From NCBI GenBank assembly GCA_043228905.1, contig JBHGNT010000005.1, positions 11,966,001-12,030,000 of the forward strand: DNA of 64,000 bases, given 5' to 3'. The stretch's first letter is position 1. The number at the start of each line of letters is the position of its first letter. This DNA is from Azolla caroliniana (Eukaryota > Plantae > Polypodiophyta). This document shows positions 48,901 to 61,583 of the stretch, piece after piece. The position numbers and the translations under genes were made by a program. The notes under the pieces are model-generated. The model was given only the letters and a program-made list of their open reading frames with translations, ran no database searches and was not told where the DNA came from.

Positions 48901-51900
48901 GATACATTGTCAGAGGCATTAAACCTTCAGCCATAATGTATTGCATCCCTTCCAACATGTCATCCTTAATTAGATCCCAATATTTGATGTAAAAATATAT
49001 AGGGAGTCCATCAATGCCTGCACAACTTTGCTTGATCATATCTGAAATTGCATCCCACAATTCTTGTATACAAATAGGGGTATTTAGATGGTCCATCATC
49101 TGAGCCGAAACTCTCTTTGGTATCCTGTTTATTATATTTCGAAAGGCATCCTGCTCAATATGTTCCTCGTTGCATACATTCAGTAGTTGCATATAATAGC
49201 TCGTGGCCATTTCAAGCATTTCCTCTGCGCACGTGGTCATTGTGCCATTTGTCTTTTTCAAACATGAAGGTTGGGTCCTGGAGCCTTTGCATTTTACAGC
49301 TTCAAAAAAACCTTTCGTAACACGGTCTCCTACCCTCATCCAATTTACTGCTTTACTACGATAGACATTAGTAGTCCTTAGTTTCTGATACATATCCAGT
49401 TTGTATTTTGCCTCCTCTAGTCGGGCCTCAATCCATACATTATTCAGGTATTGTTCTCTTAGTCGCTGCATAGAAGTGAGTGTCCATTGCATTCTCTGTA
49501 GTTTCTCCTTCATCTCTTTTCTAATTTCAGTTGCTTTCTTCCGAAAGAAACATGCACATTCCTCAATTTTCCCAACCAACCTATGAGCGGGATCATGATA
49601 CATCCATTTGACATTAGACCATAGTCTTCTTATATCATTAGTCCATTTATTGTCCATGACCAACTCCTTGCTCACCTTTATGTGGATTGCATCGAATGTT
49701 TTCTTTTATATGTAATAGGATTGGTGCATGGTCTGAGAACATCATTCCAGGACAAATTATGCATTTGCCTTTCATATCTATGAGCCGAGGGTCCAAATAC
49801 CATCTGTCCAACATGGACATTGTCCTCCCATGAACGCTTCCTCCTACTTTAGAGTATAGAAGAGATTTTTCTTTTTGCAGATGCATTCCAATAGTCTATC
49901 ACATTATATGCTAAACAAAACTTATCCCATGCATCTTTTTCTACCCCTTGCACCGTGCCATTTGCATTTCCGCTTCTATCTTCTTGTTGCTCCGCCATAT
50001 TAAAATCTCCTCCAATGATCCACAAATCTGCATCCGGTTTCTTGTCCACTAGTTGCAACCAGAATTCCTTTCTTTCAGTAGTAGAATTTGGGGCATATAT
50101 GTTCAGTATGCCCAGTGCCCATATCTGTGTTTTATCCTTATATAGACAACCTGACCCTCTACTAAACATCCTTTGCTTGTGAATGCTACATTATACTTAG
50201 CTTTCATTGCTATGAGTACTCCTCCATGAATCTGTCTATCCCCCGTAGCTGCCGACCATGTATTGGTCCAACTCCCAGGGCAGATGTTTCCAATTTTTTC
50301 GATCTTATCCCCATCTAGATGATGCTCTTGCACCATGATAACATCATGCACTATTGCCTCAGTGCATCGCTAAATTTCAGTAGCTAATACATTCTTCTTC
50401 ATGTGGAATTGGCTACCACCAATTCCTTGTATATTCCATGTTAGCAAGCTAAGATTCATTTCAACATATACCGTGCCTCTTTAGTGGCCCAACCAATGCA
50501 TTTTTAGCTTCCACTAGGTTCGCTAAGATCATATCTTGGAGATTATCCTCTTCTAGTGTCTCCATTTCAAGGTGGTATACCATGAATTCCGTGATCATTC
50601 GAGGCAGCTTCCTAAATTTCACATTTATATAGCATATGCCTTGCTCATTCGCCTTGCTCGAGCTCCATATCATGTCATCTTTCCATTGTCTTTTCATTTT
50701 CACACTTATTGCGGTACCATATGTTGAATCTACATGAGCACCCATTTGTTGTTCCAACCATCTGAGTGCTTCTTCTCAGTTGTGGGGCTCCTTATTTCCT
50801 GCGACCAGCATATAGGACAATCCAACGATTTGATCTTTGTCCTCACAATTACTATAGATATTGATTCTACACATGCTGTCCTTCTTCATCTCAACCCCAC
50901 ACATTTCCTTGAACCATTTTTTGCCTGTCAGTTTCAATTTGATTTGTTGCCCAGTAGTCGATAGGGGGGTCACTTTGTATTGAGGATTCCATTTCACTCT
51001 TGACCATTTACGCATACCTTTATTTTTCTCCATCCCATTCTCTTCCTCTTTTCTAGCACGCATGTGCCTTTTCATTTTTGCTATCCCCTTAATATGTTGG
51101 GTTGTCACTAGCGACTTATCTTGCTCTTTCAAGGGGCTTACATCCTTTTGATTTCTTATTTCTCCTGCCTCATCCATACATTCTTGATGCATCTGATTAG
51201 TTTCAAACACTAACACATTGTCTTCCTGCTGGAATGTCTGCATATCATTAATAACATTCACAAAGTTGCTCTCCGAATGTGCCTTTGATCTTGCTTCCTT
51301 GTCATTAGCTAAGTTTTCATTGTCCTCTAAGGTTAAGAGTTCATATTTGTTGCTAAGTGGAGGTCATTCTTCATTCTTGTCCGAGCATAATTTTTTGTTT
51401 TCCTTTATTATTCATATACTTCCATCCATCTTCATTCATCCACATTGCATGGTTTGTTCTCATATTTTTCTGTTGTGTCAAACTTGTTGGGCTTTTCCAT
51501 CCATGCTTCCCATTTCTACGATGCATGATCTCCTTACCTCTAGGGCATTCTTGGGCCATATGCCCCATTTGTCTACATACAAAGTATTGCCCTAGAAGTC
51601 CGGCATATTCCATTGGATGTACATGGTTAGGCATTAGTTTGCTGCTTAGCACCATTGTTTGTGGTAAGGCCTTTACATAAGAGACAATTAATTTTATCCT
51701 TGGCGTTTCACTTACTCTCTCTGCAAATGTTTTTTCCAAACATTGCCCTCCCATACTCTTCCCAATGGTTGGGAGAAAGGACTCCCATTGCTTAGGTGAA
51801 CCAGGGAAAAAGTTCGTTATTACTACTGGATTTCCTACACAAGCATTTGCTTTACACATGTCGAAGTCTACATCCCATTTGAATACATATGCTCTTGCAT

Positions 51901-52435
51901 TGTGCCATGTCAACGGACTACTCTCGATAATTTTGCATATATTCGTTTCAGGCATCACAGTAACATGGTAAAACCCCTTTCCCATAAATGTGATGTCCTT
52001 CATTCTTCCAAGGTTTTCTTGCAGGCAACTTTGCAACCAATCACGCAACAACGGGCGATTCAGTCGACTGTCCACCACTTTCACCACAAATGATTCCTGT
52101 CTAAGTCTTACGATTTCACTCTCCATGATGCATTCTTCATCCGGGGAGAGAACGAAGGCTCCCATAGCTTGCATTGAGTTATCACCTAGCCTATTCATCC
52201 CCTCTATCCCCTGTTCTAGATCATCATCATAAGCATTAGAGGTTCGATCCTCACATACCTGCATCCCCTTGTTGGCAAGAGGGTTTCGAGTTGCAGTTCG
52301 TGCAGCCTCCGATGGTTCTGAGACGCTGGTTGATGCCCCCTCTGCTGTCATCACTGCTGTCATCACCGCCATCCCTTCGAGCTACTATTCGTGCAGCCTC
52401 CCGACGAGCTCCACCTGCTGTTCATACCAACCTTC
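45980..52435 (-). mobile_element. Full-length (6.46 kb) degenerate L1-clade LINE
   Basis: 14-bp TSD GTATGGTGATTATT (45966-45979 and 52436-52449) and a poly(A) tail near 45983. ORF1 52372-50461 has a zinc knuckle (CRQMGHMAQEC). ORF2 from 50459 has an APE endonuclease (TWNIQG, NIYAPN, GGDFN, SDHAP), RT (WRPL, DFEKAYD, RQGCPLAP, YADD) and a C-terminal Cys/His region. Confidence 0.93.
48125..49675 (-). pseudogene. Largest intact L1 ORF2 segment (reverse transcriptase)
   Basis: 516-aa ORF with LLDFEKAYDRISW, SVRQGCPLAPYLF and EYADDT; frameshifted at both ends. Confidence 0.85.
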
Positions 52436-52849
52436 GTATGGTGATTATTGCTTCACAAACTCACAAACTCACAAACTCACAAACTCACATTCTCACTATC
52501 TCTTCTTTGGCTCACTTTCACGTTACAATTCATAATCTTCTTATTCACATAAACTTTGATGCTTCTTTAGTTCTATCCTTTTGTATCTTTATGATTGTTG
52601 TTTCCTATTTTCCCTTTCAGATGCTCCACTCCCCTTGTGCCCCACACATTAAGAAAGGCTATTATTTCATCCATTTGTCAAAGGGATCTAGGGTTGAGTA
52701 ACTTTTTATTCAACCTTTGTTTTTATTAATTCTAGCTAAGTGAAGCTATTGGTAATTGTTTTATGTCAACCTTCTATTCATCCTATAAATATATTGAATG
52801 GTGCATCATGAAGTAAGTTTCTAGTGAAGGAGTTTAAAAATAAAAATAA

Positions 52850-53400
52850 AGATTCACATTGGTATTAATGGAAAGCCGAAAGGCTACAAAGAACTCATAC
52901 ATTAAGATATAACCCTCATACCCATATCAACCAACATGTCGTGTAGCAAAAGCCCTCATGCATGATCCTTCCAAGATGGGGCGGAAAAAGCCATCTTGGT
53001 GGAGCAGATCTCCACTTTATTCTCTCCCCAAAAGAGGTGAAGACCTCTGCCTTTTTCCAAATTTCTCGAAAATGTTGTTGCTTACGAAACACAACATTAG
53101 GCTCACCAATCAATGCCTCATATTGGCATCTTAGAGTATGTAGGAGCATCAACCATATCTCCTTGACTAACTCAACCACATTATGTTTGACTTTCTAAAA
53201 TACACATTTACATCTTGCCTTCCGCAATACCCAAACTACTAAAGAAGATATTGTAGACCAAACCTTGTCCGCTTCCAAACATAAGATTGTTGAAGTATAA
53301 GAGACGTCCAATACATTGAAGAGGAGAAGGAAATCAACATACTCCCTTTCATGATGTTGTATTTCTTTAGCCAACCTTCCCCATCTCAGAAAACCCCAGG
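52850..53400 (-). mobile_element. 3'-terminal fragment of a second L1-like LINE
   Basis: KEIWLMLLHTLRCQYE parallels KLIWRTLITTLRAQYE at the C-terminus of the neighbouring L1 ORF2. Confidence 0.6.
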
Positions 53401-54230
53401 TTGACGGAGTTTCCTAGTGGCACATATAGTTAAAACAATACATATAGTTAACTCACAAGGGGCAATACATGTTTGAACATGCATGCATATATATTCTCAT
53501 TGTATATGGAGTAACATAAATTATACCCCATTGCTTTCCATAATTGCAAAACTACAATGTCGTCATGAATATGTTCCATGTATGGACAAATGTTGAGGAT
53601 CTATCTAAGAGTGGAGCTAGATGAAAAAGGAGACATACAAAAGCACACATGAATGCTTGAGTACAAGAATTATAGAAAATGGAAATTGAGAATGATATTA
53701 ATTGTTTGAACTTACATTGGGTGTGAGCTCGATACTCTTTTATTCCATATGAAATGAAAGCATTTCTTTAAAAAAAGTTGACTACCTGTCTTCCAAAGTT
53801 GTGTGGTTATATAGGTTCAACCCTTATGCTAGATGTGTGTGCTTGTGCTTGTGCTTGTTTTTACCGTTCATGCTCTTTCTTCTCTCATATGCTTTTGTTT
53901 TTGGGCGCATTCTTTTTCTTAGTTTAATGATTAAGGCACATATGCATTGTTTTATGGTTTATCTTAGTTCCAACTACTTATATGCATTGCTTTATGAGAT
54001 ATATGGTTTGAATATTGCATGTGTTTTACTTGTCACTACATACATCTTAGCCAAAAGCCTAATGCTTGTAAATTGTTGACACTATGCAAGGATATTTGTA
54101 GCGTGCACCATTGGCGACATGATGCACAACACCCACCCCCACCAAACCGATGTATCCTCTTGTATGAGCTTTAAAATTGTTGGGAAAGAGCATTAGAATA
54201 CCGATTGACAAGCATGGTTTTTCTCCTCAT
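53400..54230 (-). mobile_element. Decayed 3' LTR plus PPT of a gypsy element related to 9730-10559
   Basis: CCACCCCCACCAAACCG follows ...ACAACA at 54131, the same PPT context as at 10478. The left boundary is approximate. Confidence 0.5.
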
Positions 54231-54875
54231 GTTGCTCTTTGTCCTACTTTTGTCGAAACCCACAAAAGTGTAGTACAAGAAAGAAGTAGGAACATTTACA
54301 TATGTGGTCACGTGCATACGTATTTGATCGTATATATGTGATAATATACATGTGTATATAAGTTATTACGTGATTTCAATATCAAATGTTTTCCTTTTCG
54401 GGGAAAGGATCTTGGTGGCCGTCCTCACATTTTTGTGAGAATGGCTTTGTCACCATCCCTTTTTCAACAAATTTTTATTGTTGACATCCCTGTTGGTGAC
54501 GTCGATTTCGTTACGTAATGAAACAATATTAGCCACAATGGTGTTGAGAATGTAGGGCTTGACCCACTTGATGTGAGGTCGCTCTTATGACACACATGTT
54601 GACAGTCCTTCTCGTGGGCATTCATGTCGTTCGCCACATGCTGAAGGACACTTACATCAACACACTATTGGATGGTGGCCACCACCTTTCTGTTGAGAAG
54701 TTTCCATTCCGACTCTAATACCCCCGTGGGTATTTCTACTATGTCGATGGGCTCGTACAAGTCTTTGACTATGAGAAGATCCTTCATCTTTATCTTCTAG
54801 TTTGCATAGTTTTGAGAGTTTAGAACTATCATTCTTGGGAAGCCGCTCACACCTCCTTCCATGCTTGCACTTCAA

Positions 54876-55451
54876 GCTTTGATACCAGTTTGTTGGGAAA
54901 ACGAATCAACAATCCACAAGAAAGGAATGTGCTGAAATACAAAGTTCGGAAACACAAAAGAAAATGTGCACATATTTTACGTGGAAAACCCTAAAAGCAT
55001 GAGGAAACCACGAAGAACGGAGCTTGACTATATAAATATAGTGGATATACAATGATGGGATTAGAGTACAACACTCTCTACTCTGAGTGTATCTACCGTG
55101 CATGGCTCTTATAGTATATGGCTATGGCGCCACTCACACAATCTCTCCCCCCCGTTCTCACTCTTCTCTATCATTCTCAACAACAGAGGATCACACTACT
55201 TATACATTTGCCCTAGGCGTATTTATACTAATACATCATATGGGCTATTTACAATTGTAGCCCCTACTACACATCACTACTATTATTATAACTATAATAA
55301 TAATAGTCAACAGTTAATTAATCGACTCCCTATTTGTTAGCTCTTTGACTGTCGACTCTCCTCGGCTCGAACAATCGGCTCTTCCTTGTCTTTGACTGTC
55401 GGCTACTTCCAGACAGTCGGCTCCTCCCATGGGAGGGATATATTCCCAACA
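54876..55451 (-). mobile_element. 5' LTR (54891-55451) and tRNA-iMet PBS of a truncated LTR element inserted in a gypsy integrase
   Basis: TGTTGGGAA...TTCCCAACA termini; PBS TGGTATCAAAGC at 54887-54876. Confidence 0.8.
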
Positions 55452-56808
55452 ACAAATACATCCTAGTGGCCACAGATTATTGTACGAAATGGGTGGAGGC
55501 AAAAACTTTATGAGACAACACTGTGGCTTCCACGACCAAATTCATATATGAGCATATTTGGTGCCGTTTTGGTTGCCCTATCGAGCTCATCAACGATCAA
55601 GGAAGTCATTTTTTGAATATGGTCATTCATAATCTTACTGAACATTACGCCATGGTTCACAAGAGAAGCACGCCGTATTACCCATAGGCCAATGGACTTG
55701 TGGAATCGACGAATAAAACACTCCATAATATCTTGAAAAAGATCTTCAATGACAATTGTACGAATTGGGACACGAAGCTACACAACACCTTATGGGCATA
55801 CCACACTTGCTTCATTTCGGCTGGTGTTCGGACTAGAAGCCGTAAAGCCTGTGGAGTTTTAGATACCAAGTTTACACATACAAGTCCGCGAACGTCTGTC
55901 GGAGGGCTAGTCCGAGCAAATCTGCTTACAACAACTACTCGAATTGGGGGAAGCTAGAGTACACAACATGACGATTTTGGAGCACGAGCAACGGTGGCGG
56001 AAGGCATTCATAGACCGGCATTGTGGTACGAATGAGAAACACTTTAAAATTGGAAAAGTAGCCTTAGTATTCTAAACATGCATGGGACAGATGCCATACT
56101 GGATAGTAGGAATCAAGAATGAGACATTCGAACTAGGCACCCTAGCAGGGGGAGTTGTGCGGAAAAAGGTCAATGGATTTCGATTAAAGCCATATTTGGG
56201 ACACACGACGCCAAACCCGTTCCCCGCCGATTAAGAGAATCGGGCCGGTTCCTCGGCGGAACGGAACGGCCACTAAACAGGGTCCACTGGTGGGCATGTA
56301 ACATTAATGTACTTGAAAACTAGCCTTAACCATTAGGTCTGAAATGAAAAAAAGAAAAGAAAAAGGAAGGACAGTCACGACTATTAAAGGCACTACATGC
56401 ACACACACTTTCCAAGATAGAAAGAACATGCGTCCACACAATGATTTGCAAGCTCTTGAACCCTAGGTTCTCATTTTCACAAAAGGAAGACAAAAGCCAT
56501 TTCTCTGCACATCGCTAAAAACATTTCCAAACTCCTTGCTTTCCTTGCTCTCCTTGCTCTCCTCGCTTCCCACACTCACCTAGCCATCACCAAAGAATAA
56601 GCTTGAGGTCATTGCCCCCCAGTTGCTCCCCTCACTCATCATGACAGGACGACATGCCGATCTATATCTCCCCGGTCTGCGGCGATGGCTACACGACAAG
56701 GGGCTCGAAGGCTACATATGGGTAGACAAAGCTCCACAACACCTAGACGCCCAAGAGGTAGAAAGAAAAATCAACGTCAACACCATTTCAAATGCTACTA
56801 TCAGAAAG
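55452..56808 (+). mobile_element. Degenerate non-chromovirus gypsy integrase, 3' spacer and start of an extra ORF (continues at 62341)
   Basis: KYILVATDYCTKWVEAK, RFGCPIELINDQGSHF, STPYYP*ANGLVESTNKTL and VNGFRLKPY. Confidence 0.8.
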
Positions 56809-57292
56809 TGATAGGATACTTGTCTCCAACTATGCTCGGCTGCAACCGAGTCGTCGGATCAATCACAGAAAACAGGGATGTGGAGAGATGTATCTACGCA
56901 CGAAACAGTAAAGAAGAGAGTGCACATGCTGTTAACGTGGAAAACCCAAATATGGGAAAAAACCATGGCAGCCCTCAGACTACAAAATATCACTATATCA
57001 AGATTACAACAATGGGGCACAGAGGCAACGACCTCTTGCTCCCTCGCTTCGCCACTAGGCGGTTACAATAGAGGCAACAATCTTTGTATATCGCTCTTGC
57101 TACCTCTCTTACACACTGTACAGAAGTTACAACAATAACTCTATCATCATCCTATTAATTTTGCCCTAGGTCATATTTATACTAATATGACTTTCGGGCT
57201 ATTTACAAATATAGCCCTAGTGGGCTCTCTGGAACATATTTGCATATATATCCCTTCCATCCAATGAGAGGTTCTCACCGGGCCTGCAACAT

Positions 57293-57455
57293 CCGGTTCT
57301 CACCGGGTCTTCCGTTGCCGGGTACTCCACATCTGGTTCTCACCGGGTCTTCCGTTGCCGGGTACGCCACATCCGGTTCTCATCGGGTCTTCCGTTGCTG
57401 GGTACTCCACATCCGGTTCTCACCGGGTCTTCCGTTGCCGGGTACGCCACATCCG
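57293..57455. repeat. Four tandem 40-bp GC-rich repeats in the copia LTR U3 (also at about 62099-62262)
   Basis: Unit CCGGTTCTCACCGGGTCTTCCGTTGCCGGGTAC(T/G)CCACAT with a period of 40. Confidence 0.9.
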
Positions 57456-57539
57456 GATTCAGCCTCGGCCGAGTTGCTCATCAACACGGTTCTTCTCACT
57501 TCCCATCCGGAGGGACTTGTGTCCTAACTAACTCCCCCT

Positions 57540-60500
57540 TCACTCCGGCATGGGATGACTTACTAGTCCAATCCGCTTCCGACATGCATCCAGCTTGTCG
57601 GGTATTAGTACTTTGGTCAGCATATCTGACCCGTTCTCGGCCGTGTGGATCTTCGTCAATGCGAACTCACGATCTTCTACTCGCTCCCGGATCCAGTGAT
57701 ACCTATGCTGGATGTGCTTCGTCCTGGAATGGTACGCTGCGTTCTTGGCAAGGTGGATGACACTTTGACTGTCGCAATAGAGCCGGTATTCATCTTGCCG
57801 AATACCGAGCTCTCCGATGAAGTCCTTCATCCATAATATTTCCTTGTCGGCTTCAACAGCCGCCATGTACTCCGCCTCTGTGGTTGACAACGCAATAGTC
57901 TTCTGCAGTCTCGACTGCCACGAAACAACTCCCCCTGCATATGTCATCACATACCTGGATGTAGACCGGCTGGTATCCACATCAGCCGACATGTCCGAAT
58001 CGGTAAAACCGTCAAGTTGAGGTTTACCGGAGTCGAAGCAGAGACACATATTCGAAGTGCCCTTCAAGTACTGGAGTATCCATTTGACCGTGTTCCAGTG
58101 CTCCTTGTCAGGATTGCTCATAAATTGGCTCACCACTCTGACTGCGTATCCAATATCCGGCCAAGTACACACCATTGCGTACATTAAGCTCCCGACGGTA
58201 GAGGCATATGACAACTTCATCATATCCGCCTTCTCTGCTTTCGTCTTCGGGCTTTGCTTACCGGATAATCTGCAGTTTGCCGGAAATGTCGATCCGACCG
58301 GTTTCGCGTCTGACATGTTGAACGGCTGAAGCACCTTTGTCACGTATTTCTCCTGTGACAACCACAATTGCTTCTTTGACCGGTCCCGGATGATGTGCAT
58401 CCCCAGTATCTGTCTTGCCAAACCCAAGTCTTTCATGACGAAAGTTCGGTTGAGAGCCTTCTTCAGCATCCGTATTTTGGCTTGGTCCCGTCCGACGATC
58501 AACATGTCGTCCACGTACAGAAGGAGTATCAGGAAGTCGCCTCCTTCGAACTTCTTCACAAACACGCAGTGATTGGCCTGCGTCTTGTGGTACCCTTGAT
58601 CGGTCATCAAGGAGTCGAACTTCCGGTACCATTGTCGGGGAGCCTGCTTCAGTCCGTACAGGCTCTTCTTCAACCGGCAAACCAGGTGCTCCTTCCCTTT
58701 CTCTACGAATCCTTCCGGTTGCTGCATGTAGATCTCCTCTTTGAGGTCACCGTGAAGGAATGCCGTCTTCACGTCCAGCTGCTCTACCTCGAGGTCCATG
58801 CTTGCCGCTATACTCAGCACCGTCCGGATGGAGGTCATCTTTACTACCGGGGCAAATATCTCGTCGAAGTCCACGCCCTTCTTCTGCTGGAACCCCTTCA
58901 CCACGATCTTGGCTTTGTATCTTGGGGGGTTGCTGGCATCTCCCGGTTTCAACTTGTACACCCACTTGTTTCGGAGTGCCCGCTTTCCTTTCGGCAACTC
59001 CACCAATTCGTACGTATGGTTCTCATGTAGGGAATCCATCTCATCCTGCATGGCACTTAACCATTTGCGGCTATGGGCATCACTTTTAGCTTCCTCGAAG
59101 CTTTCAGGCTCCCCCTCATCGGTTAGCAGCACATACTCTGCATCTGGAAATCTCTGGGGGGCCCTTCTCTCTCTGAGAGGATATCTCCGTCTTTGGCTTT
59201 CGGCAACTGGCTCCTCTATTTGTTCTTCATCTGAATCTGATTCGGGGTCTTGGCCAGTTCCGATTTCACCTATTCCTTCTTCTTCGGCCTATCTTGTCTC
59301 CTTACTGTCACCGGCCAGTTGATCGAGTGCTAACCGGTCTCTTGCCGGTTGGGTCTGCTCATCGTAGAATCGATCCTTACTGGTCGACTCAGAGTTCATT
59401 ATCTTCTTCTCCGACTCCTAGTCGGCGAGCGTCTTGTCCTCCATGAAGATAATATCTCGACTCCGGAATACCTTCTTGTCGGCCAGGTCCCACACTCGGT
59501 AGCCGAACTCATCGTCGCCGTAACCGAGGAATATGCATGGTTGGGTCTTCGGATCTAATTTTCCTCTCCGGTCCTTAGCTACATGCACATACGCAAGACA
59601 CCTGAATACCTTCAAATGCTGGTAGGACACTTCCTTACCGGTCCAGACTCTCTGTGACGTGTCTCCGTCCAAGGGTACTGAGGGTGATCTGTTTATCACA
59701 TATGTCGCCGTCGACAGTGCCTCCACCCAAAACGTCTTGGGTAATTTTGCATGCGCCAACATACTCCGGACCCTCTCCATTATGGTCTGGTTCATCCTCT
59801 TGGCCAACCCGTTTCGTTCCGGCGTCTTCAGCACGGTAAATTCGAGCCGGATTCCCTTCGAGTGGCAGTACTCCTCGAACTGCCCCCGATATTCTCCTCT
59901 GTTATCTGCTCGAACCGCCTTCAGTTTCCGGCCGGTTTCTCTTTCCACTATCACGTGGAGTTCTTTGAAGACGGATAGCACTCGATCCTTTGTCTTCAAC
60001 GGTGTGGCCCACAGCTTCCGGCTGTGGTCATCTATGAACGTCACGAAGTACTGCGATCCGGCATGTGACTTCGTGTCCACTTGACACACATCAGTATGCA
60101 CCAACTCCAGTGGTGCATTACGTCTCATCGGTGGCCTTGGTCGGAAGGAGGTCCGGTTTTGCTTACCGGCCAGACAATCAGTGCACTTCTCTAAGTGCAC
60201 GTTCTTCATTGGAATGAGGTTGTCATCTGCAAGCCTCTTCATCCCCTTCTCACTCATGTGACATAGTCTCTTGTGCCACAGCTCACCGGCAGTGTTGGAA
60301 GCCACGTTCACTTCTTCCGGGCATAATTGGGCATTCATCAAGTACAACGTGTTGACCTTCCGGGCCCGATCCACTATCAGGCTCCCTTTGCTGAATTTCA
60401 TGACTCTGTTCCGGATGCTACCCGTGTAGCCTTCATCATCTAGCCGACCGACTGATATCAGGTTTAGTCGGACCTCTGGAACGTGTCGGACATCCTTCAG

Positions 60501-61583
60501 CAGCAGCTTGCATCTGGTTGGGGTTGTCAACCACACGTCTCCTATGCCGACAATTCGGCATGTACCTTCATTCCCCATCCGGACACAACCGTGATCACTG
60601 GCTGTGTAGGATGAGAAGTATTTACGGTTCGGGGTAAGGTGGAACGACGCTCCGGAATCAACAACCCACGTTGTCTCGTCACCGGCAAGGTTCAACTCAC
60701 TCTCCTCGGTGATGAGCATCAACTCTTCTTCACTTGCCGCGATTGCCGTCGTTCCCTTCCGGTCCAGCCCCCTTCGATCTTTACCGTTCCGGTCCGGTGT
60801 CCGCTTCGAATCGGTACTGTCGGTTTCCTTGTCTTTTCGGAAGTGCCGACAGTTCTTTTGGAAGTGTCTCGGCTTGCCGCAATAGAAGCGGGTAGGCCTC
60901 CCCCTTGACTTTGACCGTGTCCCCGACTTCTCCCGGTTCTAGGGATTACGATTCCTTTGTCTTCTACGTTCCGATTCAGTAATGAGCGCTTTGGAGTCGG
61001 AGTTCGTATCCTTGTCTTTCCGACGCGCCTCCTCATCTAGCAAGCTCGACTTCACTCTTACTAGGGATAATCGTTTCCCTTCCAGCCCGGTGTTGCCCAA
61101 AGTGACAACCAACGTCTCCCAGCTATCTGGGAGGGAACCGAGCAGGAGTAGCGCTAGTACCTCATTGGCGAGAGGTACTTCCAATGATGTTGCCTGGTGA
61201 ATCAGCCCCTGGAAGGCATTCATGTGCTCCGCCATGTTGGAGCCATCTTGGTACCGGAGTCTTACTAGCTTCCGAAATACCGAAACCTAATTAACAACAT
61301 TTTTGTTCTGAAACATAATGTCGATCTTCTTCCAGAGCTCATGAGCCTTGCTCTCTTTGTTGAAGTTGTTGTATAGACTCATGTCAATGAAGCACCGTAT
61401 GTACGCCATTGTCTTCATGTGCATCACCTCCCATATCGTGGCATCGATTTTGTCCGGTCTCTTGTCCCCGAACTGAACCGACAACCAAAAATCTTTAACC
61501 ACGAGCATGTCCCTCATCTTCGACTTCCACACGGAATAGTTGGAGCTGGTGAGCTTGAACATGCCTCCCAACGAATCGTCCAT
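57540..61583 (-). pseudogene. Copia gag-pol polyprotein with a few stops and frameshifts
   Basis: Colinear ORFs 61287-61649, 60939-61235, 59418-60722 and 57540-59132. Confidence 0.9.

Noticed and set aside
57293-57455. CRISPR-like regular repeats
   Set aside because: The 40-bp units are contiguous with no unique spacers, lie inside a eukaryotic LTR, and no cas genes are present.
58395-59322. Long plus-strand ORFs (211 and 174 aa)
   Set aside because: They are antisense shadows of the GC-rich copia pol and show no independent motifs.
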